Shown here one piece after another: positions 28,460 to 36,812 of a DNA stretch of 64,000 bases (within the stretch, counting starts at the first letter, position 1; every line of letters starts with the position of its first letter). This stretch comes from Candidatus Tayloriibacteriota bacterium (GTDB taxonomy: Bacteria > Patescibacteriota > Minisyncoccia > Phycocordibacterales > PALSA-1337). Both the position numbers and the translations under genes were made by a program. The DNA lies in NCBI GenBank assembly GCA_943350765.1, contig CALRAJ010000004.1, positions 19,309 to 83,308 of the forward strand. Direction: 5' to 3'. A model generated the notes under the pieces. The model was not told the DNA's origin. It ran no database searches and saw nothing but the letters and a program-made list of their open reading frames with translations.

Positions 28460-29383
28460 TTATACACTAGTAGGTAGTTCCACTTCTACATCAAACCGTG
28501 CTTCTTTGTAGTAAGCCACTACGAATTCCTCCTGACCAAGTTCATGGTAACTTCCCAGACTTTTATTGAAGCGTGAACGACAAGTCACAACAAGAAAAGG
28601 GTCTGGGGGTGGTAAAGTTTTCACAGGAGAGTAGTATCGAACATGTTCTTCCTTTAAACCTGGACCTTTCATCCGCAACTCTCTAGCAAGAAATCTCCTG
28701 TCATCACTATCCAGTAACATTACAGTGAAGGCTAGCTCTGAACAGCCCACTTCATCAGTGGCCCTCATTTTGATTTCAGCAGCGATTTCTATTACCATTT
28801 TTGGAATAGGGAGCCGGTGATCATATATCGGCTCTGTTCTCCAATAAAACAATGCCCCCTGACCAATATCCTTCAGTTTAAAGAGAGTATCGATTGGTAA
28901 AGGCATATTCGAGGCAGTATTGCCGTACACAACAATTGCTATCAGTCCAAAAACAAGAGCAAATCCTCCGAAGATATTGCCGATACCAAAGAACTTATAT
29001 ACTCCGTATCCAGTAGCAACAACGGGTACAAGGTATATCGCAACCGCACAGACAGCACACAAGAACTGCATGGCTCGAACACAAAGTCTGGCCGTCAGAA
29101 ACTTGCCTGCCATATACTCCATGAATGGTAAGATGCCGGCAGCAAGATTGTACTTAAACTCCAACCACGCCATCCTGCGACGCACTGCTTTGGCATCGAA
29201 GTATCCAATTCCCGCCTCGCGTAGCACTCTCTGGAGAGGTGGCTCCGTATGGCGCATCACCTCATCAAGATTATAACCAACCACTCTGGAAAACTTTTCC
29301 ATTTCTGCCGTACAGTGATCTTTGACATATTGAATTTTCATTGAACTATTTAATCGACTGATTCGTACCACAGCGATACTCAT
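28460..29383 (-). CDS. Hypothetical membrane protein
   Basis: 307-aa ORF with two central hydrophobic segments and a PDPFLVV motif. Confidence 0.65.
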   Translation of the reverse strand: MSIAVVRISRLNSSMKIQYVKDHCTAEMEKFSRVVGYNLDEVMRHTEPPLQRVLREAGIGYFDAKAVRRRMAWLEFKYNLAAGILPFMEYMAGKFLTARLCVRAMQFLCAVCAVAIYLVPVVATGYGVYKFFGIGNIFGGFALVFGLIAIVVYGNTASNMPLPIDTLFKLKDIGQGALFYWRTEPIYDHRLPIPKMVIEIAAEIKMRATDEVGCSELAFTVMLLDSDDRRFLARELRMKGPGLKEEHVRYYSPVKTLPPPDPFLVVTCRSRFNKSLGSYHELGQEEFVVAYYKEARFDVEVELPTSV

Positions 29384-29516
29384 CCTCGATTTCCTTTCAT
29401 TGTATAGATTATCACGAAATACTAGTTATGTAAATATATTATCGTCTATTCTAGTATATTTGCATATTATATCTATATAATGTATACTATTACTGACGAA
29501 TTATCTCGTCATCTAT

Positions 29517-30266
29517 ATGGAATATTTACTTGAAAAACTGGGTGTAAACAAAACCGACACAAAAATATATATCTTTCTTGTAGAGGTTGGCTGGTGTTCA
29601 GTTGCCCAAATTGCTCGGGATATCAATCTACCTCGACAGACTGTTTATAGCGGACTGAAACAACTTCTTTCTATTGGTATTGTGGAGCAAAGTAGGACAA
29701 AAAAGTCTGGACTTTTCTACGCTGATCCACAAATATTGATTAGTACCATCAATAAACACAATATCGAGCTTGAAAGGGCGAAATCTACTTTAGAGAAAAA
29801 CTTACCCGAAATATTGCTTCAAAAGAAGAGGTATACACAAAGTTACCCAACCATAACCTACTATGAAGGTGAAAAAAGCTTACAGCGGCTCTTCGATGAC
29901 ATTTTAAGCCAATTTAAAACTAAAAAAGATACTGTCTTTCGTGGGTTTGGGGTTAATACCGTGAAAGATAAGTTGAGTGGCTACGCAGAAAAATTTATCA
30001 AAGAACGAGCGAAATACGATGTTGAAACGCGCTTGATTATCGGCCTAGGTCCAGATGACTTTGGCATTTCAGGCGCCGATCCACTCGGGAGAGAAGTAAA
30101 ACGCATCCCAATCCCCTCTCAAGATGCTGGAGTGTATATGGTTGCCAATCGCCTCTATATATTTTCTTACAAAAACAAAAATGGTATCATGATCGAGGAC
30201 GAAAGCGTTGTAAAGTTTCTACGAGAAGTCTTTGATTATTTGTGGCAAGGAATGAATAGTAGGTAA
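29517..30266 (+). CDS. TrmB-family transcriptional regulator
   Basis: IYIFLVE..SVAQIARDINLPRQTVYSGLKQL HTH; ITYYEG linker. Confidence 0.85.
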   Translation: MEYLLEKLGVNKTDTKIYIFLVEVGWCSVAQIARDINLPRQTVYSGLKQLLSIGIVEQSRTKKSGLFYADPQILISTINKHNIELERAKSTLEKNLPEILLQKKRYTQSYPTITYYEGEKSLQRLFDDILSQFKTKKDTVFRGFGVNTVKDKLSGYAEKFIKERAKYDVETRLIIGLGPDDFGISGADPLGREVKRIPIPSQDAGVYMVANRLYIFSYKNKNGIMIEDESVVKFLREVFDYLWQGMNSR

Positions 30267-30269
30267 TTT

Positions 30270-30455
30270 TGTCGGGGCGCCGGGAGTTTCTCCCTCGACT
30301 TTTTCCTCGCCGTCACTCGGAAAAGTCTGGGCACCAGCTCACATAATTTTCTACTGAAAATTATTGGCTCCGCTGTTCGAATCCCGACGTAAGCCGTACC
30401 CACGGCTTACTGCGCCCCGAGCGCGAAAAAACGGCATAAAGCCGTTTTTTCAGTG
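30270..30455 (-). repeat. tRNA-Pro 3' trailer element
   Basis: Direct repeat tgtcggggcgccggga (30270 and 30454) plus inverted gttcgaatcccgac..gcgccccga (30374-30420). Confidence 0.8.
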
Positions 30456-30528
30456 TCGGGGCGCCGGGATTCGAACCCGGAGTCACTTGTTCCCAAAACA
30501 AGCATGTTAGCCGTTACACCACGCCCCG
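30456..30528 (-). tRNA. tRNA-Pro (anticodon TGG), CCA not encoded
   Basis: CGGGGCG..CTTGT-TTTGGGA-ACAAG..GGTTCGAATCC..CGCCCCG-A. Confidence 0.93.
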
Positions 30529-30685
30529 ATATATTTAGATCACTCTCCTGAACCAATATATACTAGCACAAAGTCTTAAAAAGACATAGAAAATAGAAAT
30601 TTCTTTCAAGCATACACATATCACACAAAAACAATTCACGACCGTTAACTATTTATATATCTATAACCAGCCAATAGCAAAAATT

Positions 30686-31126
30686 TTATAAAATAATATC
30701 TTCCAAAATCTCCACACTTCCCTCTTTTGTTTCCTGACTTATATACACCGACGCTAGGTCAAATTGCCAGGATATGTCTTCTGACAGATTTTTCTCCAGA
30801 AGATAGCTTTCTATGGTCTTGGCTAGTCTTTTGACTTTTAGACCATGCATGTTGTCCTCGGGACGGTAGCTGTCACCCATTCCTGATGTTTCATGTGGAA
30901 CATTACCGCCAGTCGCCTCTGCGTTGCTACGGCGTACCAAGCAAGAAACACTCTTTACTTCAATAAAATGAAGCTTTCCTCCCCTTTTTGCCACAATATC
31001 GATCTCTCCCCACTTTTTGGTATAGTTTCGCTCGATTATTGAGAAACCTTGTTTTTTGAGAAATTTACATGCGATATCCTCACCGAGCTCACCCAATTTC
31101 TGTGTTTTTGATGTAAATAGTTTCAT
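30686..31126 (-). CDS. YraN/UPF0102 family endonuclease-like protein
   Basis: LGELGEDIA, IIERNY..WGEIDIVA..FIEVK, WQFD. Confidence 0.9.
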   Translation of the reverse strand: MKLFTSKTQKLGELGEDIACKFLKKQGFSIIERNYTKKWGEIDIVAKRGGKLHFIEVKSVSCLVRRSNAEATGGNVPHETSGMGDSYRPEDNMHGLKVKRLAKTIESYLLEKNLSEDISWQFDLASVYISQETKEGSVEILEDIIL

Positions 31127-31173
31127 ATGTAACACTTATTTATGTTTTCACGTGAAACATTTCATGTGAAATC
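30887..31173. promoter_or_regulatory. Cluster of parS-like sites
   Basis: TGTTTCATGTGGAACA (30887), AGTTTCATATGTAACA (31119), GTTTTCACGTGAAACA (31144), CATTTCATGTGAAATC (31158), against consensus TGTTTCACGTGAAACA. Confidence 0.75.
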
Positions 31174-31285
31174 GCCTATTTTTATCAATATACCTATATT
31201 TATAGGCCTATCTTTACAAAAAATACCTCATTTACGGACATTGTCATCGTCGACTATGAGCCATATTCTGTGTCCTTTATGAACA

Positions 31286-31340
31286 CTGTCCACATAGTTA
31301 TCCACAGTTTTCCAAAAATAGCCTTGTTTTTAGGGGATAA
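31286..31340. promoter_or_regulatory. DnaA-box cluster
   Basis: CTGTCCACA (31286), perfect TTATCCACA (31298), TTTTCCAAA (31308), reverse TTATCCCCT (31332). Confidence 0.55.
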
Positions 31341-31460
31341 GTTGAGTAAGTGGTTTGGGACAAAAGAAGAGGTACCCGATGGAAGTTTTAAAGGACATGG
31401 GGAAGTATAGCATGGATTATATAGAATATGGCGATAGATGCTTTGGCATCAAACTCAAAA

Positions 31461-31658
31461 TGGAGCGGGCGGGGGAGACGCTTCGCTATCGAACTTCCTC
31501 GGAAACCTCGTCTACAGATGCACATCACCTACCGATGTGCCAGGGTTTTCCGACGCTCGTCGGGCTCGCTGCCTTCCTCAACAGGGAACTCCCGTTCCCG
31601 ACCCCATCCCCATTCGATTCTCCCTGCCTGACACAAAAAATCTTCGATTTATTTTTTG
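31461..31658 (-). repeat. tRNA-Gly(GCC) 3' trailer element
   Basis: Homologous to 27378-27609; inverted ttcgattctccctgcc at 31613; distal sense copy ending GCCCGC-TCCA. Confidence 0.8.
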
Positions 31659-31729
31659 TGCGGGCAGGGAGAATCGAACTCCCGTCTCAATCTTGGCAAG
31701 ATCGTGTTCTACCACTAAACCATGCCCGC
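31659..31729 (-). tRNA. tRNA-Gly (anticodon GCC), CCA not encoded
   Basis: GCGGGCA..CGATC-TTGCCAA-GATTG..GTTCGATTC..TGCCCGC-A. Confidence 0.93.
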
Positions 31730-31733
31730 ATAT

Positions 31734-32405
31734 CTATTTCTCAACAAGTGCTAAAAATTCTTTCTCCAGTAGTGCTAGCCATACTAACACTTTCTCTTTT
31801 AAAAATCTACTGGACACACCAGCTACTGCTGTGCCATACGCCAATTTCTTTACCTTGCTTCGACTTGGAATAATCATTGTTTTTTGAAAATTATCCCTAT
31901 CTAGAGACACTTTTTCTGACCAAAAACATTCAGTTTCGTTTATATTCATATCGAGATAGCCGATTACAGATAACCAGATTCTATCCTTTGGAACTCCACA
32001 TATATTCTCCAAAAAAGAAAGGAATATTTTAACTATGGCCGGCTCAGAATTTGAAATTCTCACCTGATATTTATTCGCCTTATCACCTTCTCCCCAATAA
32101 AGAAACATCCCAGCAAGAAATAGAGGATTTGTTTTTAGTGTTTGGAATTCTGTCTCAGCATCATCCTTCGCCTCGATATAAAGCTTGTTCAATCTTTCTC
32201 CTCTGATACGATTCAGATTCTTCAGACTTTCTGCATTTGTCTGTATGAGTTTTTTAGAAAGATTTTCCCTTATTTCGGCGGACCATTCCTTTTGACTAAA
32301 CCACTCAGAAAGAGTCGCTTTTGACATGCCTAACAAACTCCTAATTTCGTTATAGCTTTTGCCTTCTTTCCTTAGATTTATTGCAATTTCTTTATCTTTT
32401 CTCAT
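31734..32405 (-). CDS. HTH plus LAGLIDADG-like domain protein between two tRNAs
   Basis: LRKEGKSYNEI...SKATLSEW HTH; FLAGMFLYWGEGDK..VRISNSEP motif. Confidence 0.7.
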   Translation of the reverse strand: MRKDKEIAINLRKEGKSYNEIRSLLGMSKATLSEWFSQKEWSAEIRENLSKKLIQTNAESLKNLNRIRGERLNKLYIEAKDDAETEFQTLKTNPLFLAGMFLYWGEGDKANKYQVRISNSEPAIVKIFLSFLENICGVPKDRIWLSVIGYLDMNINETECFWSEKVSLDRDNFQKTMIIPSRSKVKKLAYGTAVAGVSSRFLKEKVLVWLALLEKEFLALVEK

Positions 32406-32494
32406 ACATTATAAGTATAGCACTATGGTTCGACTTACAGCAAACGCTTACGAATTAGCCTCTCGTCAAACGATGGATAGCTAACAAAAATCTG

Positions 32495-32566
32495 TGCACC
32501 TATCAGGACTCGAACCTGAAATAACGGTTCCGAAGACCGTTGTGATATCCATTTCACCATAGGTGC
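32495..32566 (-). tRNA. tRNA-Arg (anticodon TCG), CCA not encoded
   Basis: GCACCTA..ACGGT-CTTCGGA-ACCGT..GGTTCGAGTCC..TAGGTGC-A. Confidence 0.92.
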
Positions 32567-32640
32567 AAATACAAAATACTTTAACCCAAACACTATACCG
32601 CACATTCGCTAAAAATCAAAATATGTACTAGAATAAAGCC

Positions 32641-34215
32641 ATGAAACTGTCAACAAATGTCATTTTTGACACTTCTCTAGGTAAACATATACCCGAAGAG
32701 GTTTCACATGTAACCGAAACCTTGGAAAAAGGCGGTTTTGAAGCATATTTGGTAGGCGGATGCACCAGAGACCTTCTTCTAGGTAGAAAACCTAAAGACT
32801 GGGATGTTACGACAGACGCTACTCCAGAGCAGATTATTGCTCTATTTCCAAAGACTTTTTATGAAAATGTCTATGGCACTGTCGGCGTGGTCAATGAAAA
32901 GACCGAGGATGAAACACTCAAAGTGATTGAAGTCACCCCATATCGCCTCGAAGCAGGGTACTCGGATCATCGCCGACCAGACAGCGTTACTTTTAGTACA
33001 AAGCTCGAAGACGATCTCAAGCGACGAGATTTCACGATTAACGCTATCGCCCTTGGACTTAAAAGAGAACAAGAAGTAACTAAACACCAAGAAACAATAA
33101 CCCAAGGCTCTAAAAGCCTCGTGGCTAAAGTTTCACAAGAAACACTCGTAGACCCTTATAAAGGACAAAAGGATTTAAAGGACAAGGTTATACGCACTGT
33201 GGGAGCACCTCAGGATCGCTTTGAGGAAGATGCTTTGCGTATCATTCGCGCTATTCGACTTTCCGCTGAGCTTAGTTTCACGATTAACGCCGAGACAGCG
33301 AAGGCGATCGAGGAAAAGTCCCCTTTACTTGCCAAAATATCAAAAGAACGCATTCGAGATGAGTTTACTCGCATTCTTATGTCAGATACTCCAATGACCG
33401 CACTCGCTGTGGCTCAAAAACTCGGTGTTTTGAAATATATCGTACCCGAGCTTGAGCAGGGTATCGGAATCGAACAAAACAAAGCCCACGCCTACACAGT
33501 TTGGGAGCATCTGCTTCGATCTTGCCAGCATGCAGTAGACAAAAAGTGGCCCCTAGACATTCGTCTTACCGCTCTTTTTCACGACATCTCAAAGCCTGAG
33601 ACACGCAGATGGTCAAACGAATCCGCTCAGTGGACTTTTTATGGTCATGATGTGGTTGGTGCCCGTGTAACAGCTAAAATCCTAGAAAACTTAAGATTTC
33701 CAAAGAAAATGAGTGAGAAAATTGTAAAACTAGTCAGATGGCACATGTTTTTTTCAGATACTGAAAACATTACTCTTTCGGCGGTACGACGAATCATTAC
33801 TAATGTCGGCACAGAAAACATTTGGGATCTCATGAATGTACGGGTGTGTGATAGGGTGGGAACAGGTAGACCCAAGGAACAGCCGTATCGGCTACGCAAA
33901 TATCATGCCATGATAGACGAAGCGCTCCGCGACCCGATTTCTGTCGGAATGTTAAAAATAGACGGGACTACACTTATAAAAGACTTAGGTATGAATCCTG
34001 GTCCAAAAATAGGACACACCTTACATGCATTACTCGAAGAAGTACTAGAGGAACCAAAAAAGAATACTCTTGTATATCTTAAAACCAGAGCTACGGAGCT
34101 TGCAAATCTTGGTGACGAGGAGCTAAAAAAGATAGGGGAAGCGGGTAAACGAAAAAAGGCTATGGAAGAGGAAAAGGAACTTGCCGAGATACAAAAAAAG
34201 CATTGGGTGAAATAG
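32641..34215 (+). CDS. cca: CCA tRNA nucleotidyltransferase with HD domain
   Basis: VGGCTRD..DWDVTT, RRDFTINA, EDALRIIRA, ERIRDE, LFHDISK. Confidence 0.93.
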   Translation: MKLSTNVIFDTSLGKHIPEEVSHVTETLEKGGFEAYLVGGCTRDLLLGRKPKDWDVTTDATPEQIIALFPKTFYENVYGTVGVVNEKTEDETLKVIEVTPYRLEAGYSDHRRPDSVTFSTKLEDDLKRRDFTINAIALGLKREQEVTKHQETITQGSKSLVAKVSQETLVDPYKGQKDLKDKVIRTVGAPQDRFEEDALRIIRAIRLSAELSFTINAETAKAIEEKSPLLAKISKERIRDEFTRILMSDTPMTALAVAQKLGVLKYIVPELEQGIGIEQNKAHAYTVWEHLLRSCQHAVDKKWPLDIRLTALFHDISKPETRRWSNESAQWTFYGHDVVGARVTAKILENLRFPKKMSEKIVKLVRWHMFFSDTENITLSAVRRIITNVGTENIWDLMNVRVCDRVGTGRPKEQPYRLRKYHAMIDEALRDPISVGMLKIDGTTLIKDLGMNPGPKIGHTLHALLEEVLEEPKKNTLVYLKTRATELANLGDEELKKIGEAGKRKKAMEEEKELAEIQKKHWVK

Positions 34216-34648
34216 GCCTAGAAAAATAGACAAGAAAAAGCCGCTTCAATGCGACCATGGTTAGATAGGGTGGCAGAGAAGCGGCTTTTAAAATGGGAAG
34301 AATTGTTGATGAGAAATTGGATCGGATTGACCATTGATCTCGATGCTAGAAATAGAACACAGCATCTAAAAATTTAAGGTTGGAGAAGTGTGGACTGCCC
34401 AACAACCAGATCAGGGTTACCAGATCTTTATTCTTTTTCAACTTTCTTCGAGTTATGGAAGAGCGTGCGCCGCTAGTTTTTTCTCGGTAAAAACTTTTGG
34501 CCTGTTATTATTATAGCAAATCAAAAAGACATGTAAAGGACACACCTGTGGATAACTTTTTTGACACTGTCTTTTATAGGAGTACACTTATACTCGGTAT
34601 AGAACAAAGGGATGCTTAAAGGACATCCAACAATTAAAAGGCTTTCTT

Positions 34649-34780
34649 ATGAGTATACTTAAAAAGATAAGTCGCCCAGACTCAAAACCGAGTGTTATTG
34701 AGAAAAAAGTTAATAGGATTCTGAGGCTTTTGAGAAAAGGGAAGGACCACCAAGCATTCAAACTTTGTGGACAATTCTAA
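34649..34780 (+). CDS. Putative 43-aa basic small protein
   Basis: MSILKKISRPDSKPSVIEKKVNRILRLLRKGKDHQAFKLCGQF; TTGACA-16-TACACT at 34561; hairpin plus T-run near 34812-34840. Confidence 0.4.
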   Translation: MSILKKISRPDSKPSVIEKKVNRILRLLRKGKDHQAFKLCGQF

Positions 34781-34874
34781 ATTCAACTTCAACCCTTGGG
34801 GTACTATTATTTATACCGAGCAAATGCCCGGTATTTTTATGGGTAAATTATACACTCAACATTTTTATCCTACT

Positions 34875-35020
34875 TACCCCAAATTACGAAATACTGTCGC
34901 AGGCGTATCTTTTAAAAGGACTTCGCAAGACGGGTAGTCGAGACTTGAGGAAAATTTCAGCAGAAATTTATCCGTGCCTTTTAAAAGATATGCCGAGAAA
35001 GGCATTTCGTGATTGGGGTA
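34875..35020 (+). repeat. Structured repeat family B, copy 3
   Basis: Same stems; ttttaaaagg/ccttttaaaa and acgggta/tatccgt variants. Confidence 0.88.
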
Positions 35021-35025
35021 CTTAC

Positions 35026-35793
35026 CTAATCTTTCAACTCAATCATAATCGGGCAATGATCCGAACCTAGTACAGAATCTAGAATCTCGGCCCGCGTCAA
35101 ACAGGGGAGTAGATCGGGAGAAATAAAAAAGTAGTCTATGCGCCAGCCTATATTCCTATCACGAGCAAATGTCTTCATGTCCCACCACGAATACTGGACT
35201 TTTTCTCGGTGTAGATATCTGAATGTATCGATATAGCCAGCCGACACGACTGTATCCAGCCACACTCGCTCAGTAGGCAAAAAACCAGTGTTATTGGCAT
35301 TTTCCTTTGGTCTGGCTAGGTCTATTTCATTGTGGGCGGTATTTATATCACCAGTAAAAATAATTGATTTTCCAGATTTACGAAGTTTTTCAATATGTTT
35401 TAAAAACGCATCATAAAAACGCAATTTATAGTCTAGTCGCTCGGGACCACCACCTCCGTTGGGAAAGTAGATATTAAATAAAACAAAATCCTTGAAGTGA
35501 AGCTCGAGTAGACGACCCTCCTGATCTAGCTCTGGTACACCCATACCGTACTCAACCTTTTCAGGCTTTATTTTTGTATATACCGCTACACCACTATAGC
35601 CTTTTCTCATCTTTGAGTGGTCGAAATAGCTATGATAGCCCACAGGGTAAACAACCTCCTGTGTAAGCTGTTCTCTATGAGCTTTTGTTTCTTGTAGGCA
35701 AAAAATATCTACATCTTCATTGACCAGCCAGTCGAAACCACCCTTTCTGTGATTTGCCCTGATACCGTTTACATTCCAAGAGATAATTCGCAT
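35026..35793 (-). CDS. xth: Exodeoxyribonuclease III
   Basis: SWNVNGIRA, LQETK, GYSGVA, GDINTAH, GWRIDY, GSDHCP. Confidence 0.96.
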   Translation of the reverse strand: MRIISWNVNGIRANHRKGGFDWLVNEDVDIFCLQETKAHREQLTQEVVYPVGYHSYFDHSKMRKGYSGVAVYTKIKPEKVEYGMGVPELDQEGRLLELHFKDFVLFNIYFPNGGGGPERLDYKLRFYDAFLKHIEKLRKSGKSIIFTGDINTAHNEIDLARPKENANNTGFLPTERVWLDTVVSAGYIDTFRYLHREKVQYSWWDMKTFARDRNIGWRIDYFFISPDLLPCLTRAEILDSVLGSDHCPIMIELKD

Positions 35794-35873
35794 AACCACA
35801 GTGTAGGGTTTGTGATCAAAAAAGTAAAGTAAATAAAAACTCGACCCTACGGATCGAGATCTGAACAACTCTT

Positions 35874-36125
35874 TCACGAACCCAAACTATGAGGAACTCG
35901 CACAAAACACTCAAGCCCCTCATCAATCGTGGCGGCCGTTACATCGGCCGGTAAAACCAACCGCCATAAACCACGAATGTGATCAATACCTAGGGAAAAA
36001 TGTTCGTAACCTGGATTTCCCGCAAGTGTTCTCGCGAGAAAGCCTCTCAATTCCCTGATAGCTTTGCCACGGGCTGTTTTGGATTTCACATGACTCTTGA
36101 AATCCAGATGAATTGTTTTTGTCAT
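35874..36125 (-). CDS. Hypothetical protein
   Basis: 83-aa ORF with its own promoter-like TTGCTT-16-TATAGT. Confidence 0.5.
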   Translation of the reverse strand: MTKTIHLDFKSHVKSKTARGKAIRELRGFLARTLAGNPGYEHFSLGIDHIRGLWRLVLPADVTAATIDEGLECFVRVPHSLGS

Positions 36126-36273
36126 AAGAACTTTGCATACCACAATTTTGATTTTGATAGGTAACCGAAACCGAAGATTACTATACCAGAAGTTTTAAAT
36201 AAAGCAATGTTTGGACAAATAAAAAACCAACCCCTAAAACATTCTCTGGTTGGCTTGGTGAACTGAAAAAGAA

Positions 36274-36663
36274 CTAGGTGACGACCGTGATGATTCCGTC
36301 CCCATGATCGGTAATCTCACCATCACCCCCCTCAGTACTGGCGACAAGGGGTGCTGATCGGTGATCTGGATAGTAGTTTTGCTGGTTGAGCTCCGGAAGT
36401 ACGCTAAACCCACAAGCTTCGAGAATTTCGATGATTTCAGGGTGGCTTTCGCTGAATTCATCGTGTGGTTTGATCGAGAAGCACCTAAGCTTTGCTCCGT
36501 CAATTTCAACCACCCTGACCAAGGGTTTTGGATAATCCCCATGCACCAAAGCAGCCTCGAGGATTTTGCCGTAAAACATAATGGTATCAGCCAAAAGACC
36601 CAGCATCATGTCCTCTTGTACTTCGTCCTGTTGGACTTTTGAAAAAAACTCAATCTTGCTCAT
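36274..36663 (-). CDS. Hypothetical acidic protein
   Basis: 129-aa ORF; TTGACT-17-TATAAT at 36732-36760; downstream hairpin. Confidence 0.55.
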   Translation of the reverse strand: MSKIEFFSKVQQDEVQEDMMLGLLADTIMFYGKILEAALVHGDYPKPLVRVVEIDGAKLRCFSIKPHDEFSESHPEIIEILEACGFSVLPELNQQNYYPDHRSAPLVASTEGGDGEITDHGDGIITVVT

Positions 36664-36812
36664 ATTATTTATTTTTGACCAACTACACCGCAGGTCTGGC
36701 TACACACCAAACTATTACGAATCTACCCCTTATTATAGTACACTTGAGTACAAAAGTCAAGTACCCAAATAACTCGCTGTGTCTAGCAAAATACCGCAGG
36801 AAACATCTACAC

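Noticed and set aside
31355-31887. 172-aa and 149-aa + strand ORFs
   Set aside because: They run antisense across tRNA-Gly and its trailer; GC-rich structure explains the open frames.
34765-35070. Similar short ORFs (also at 20592, 44055, 62161) resembling a protein family
   Set aside because: They are translations of repeat family B. Variation follows base pairing, not codons, and starts and frames are inconsistent.
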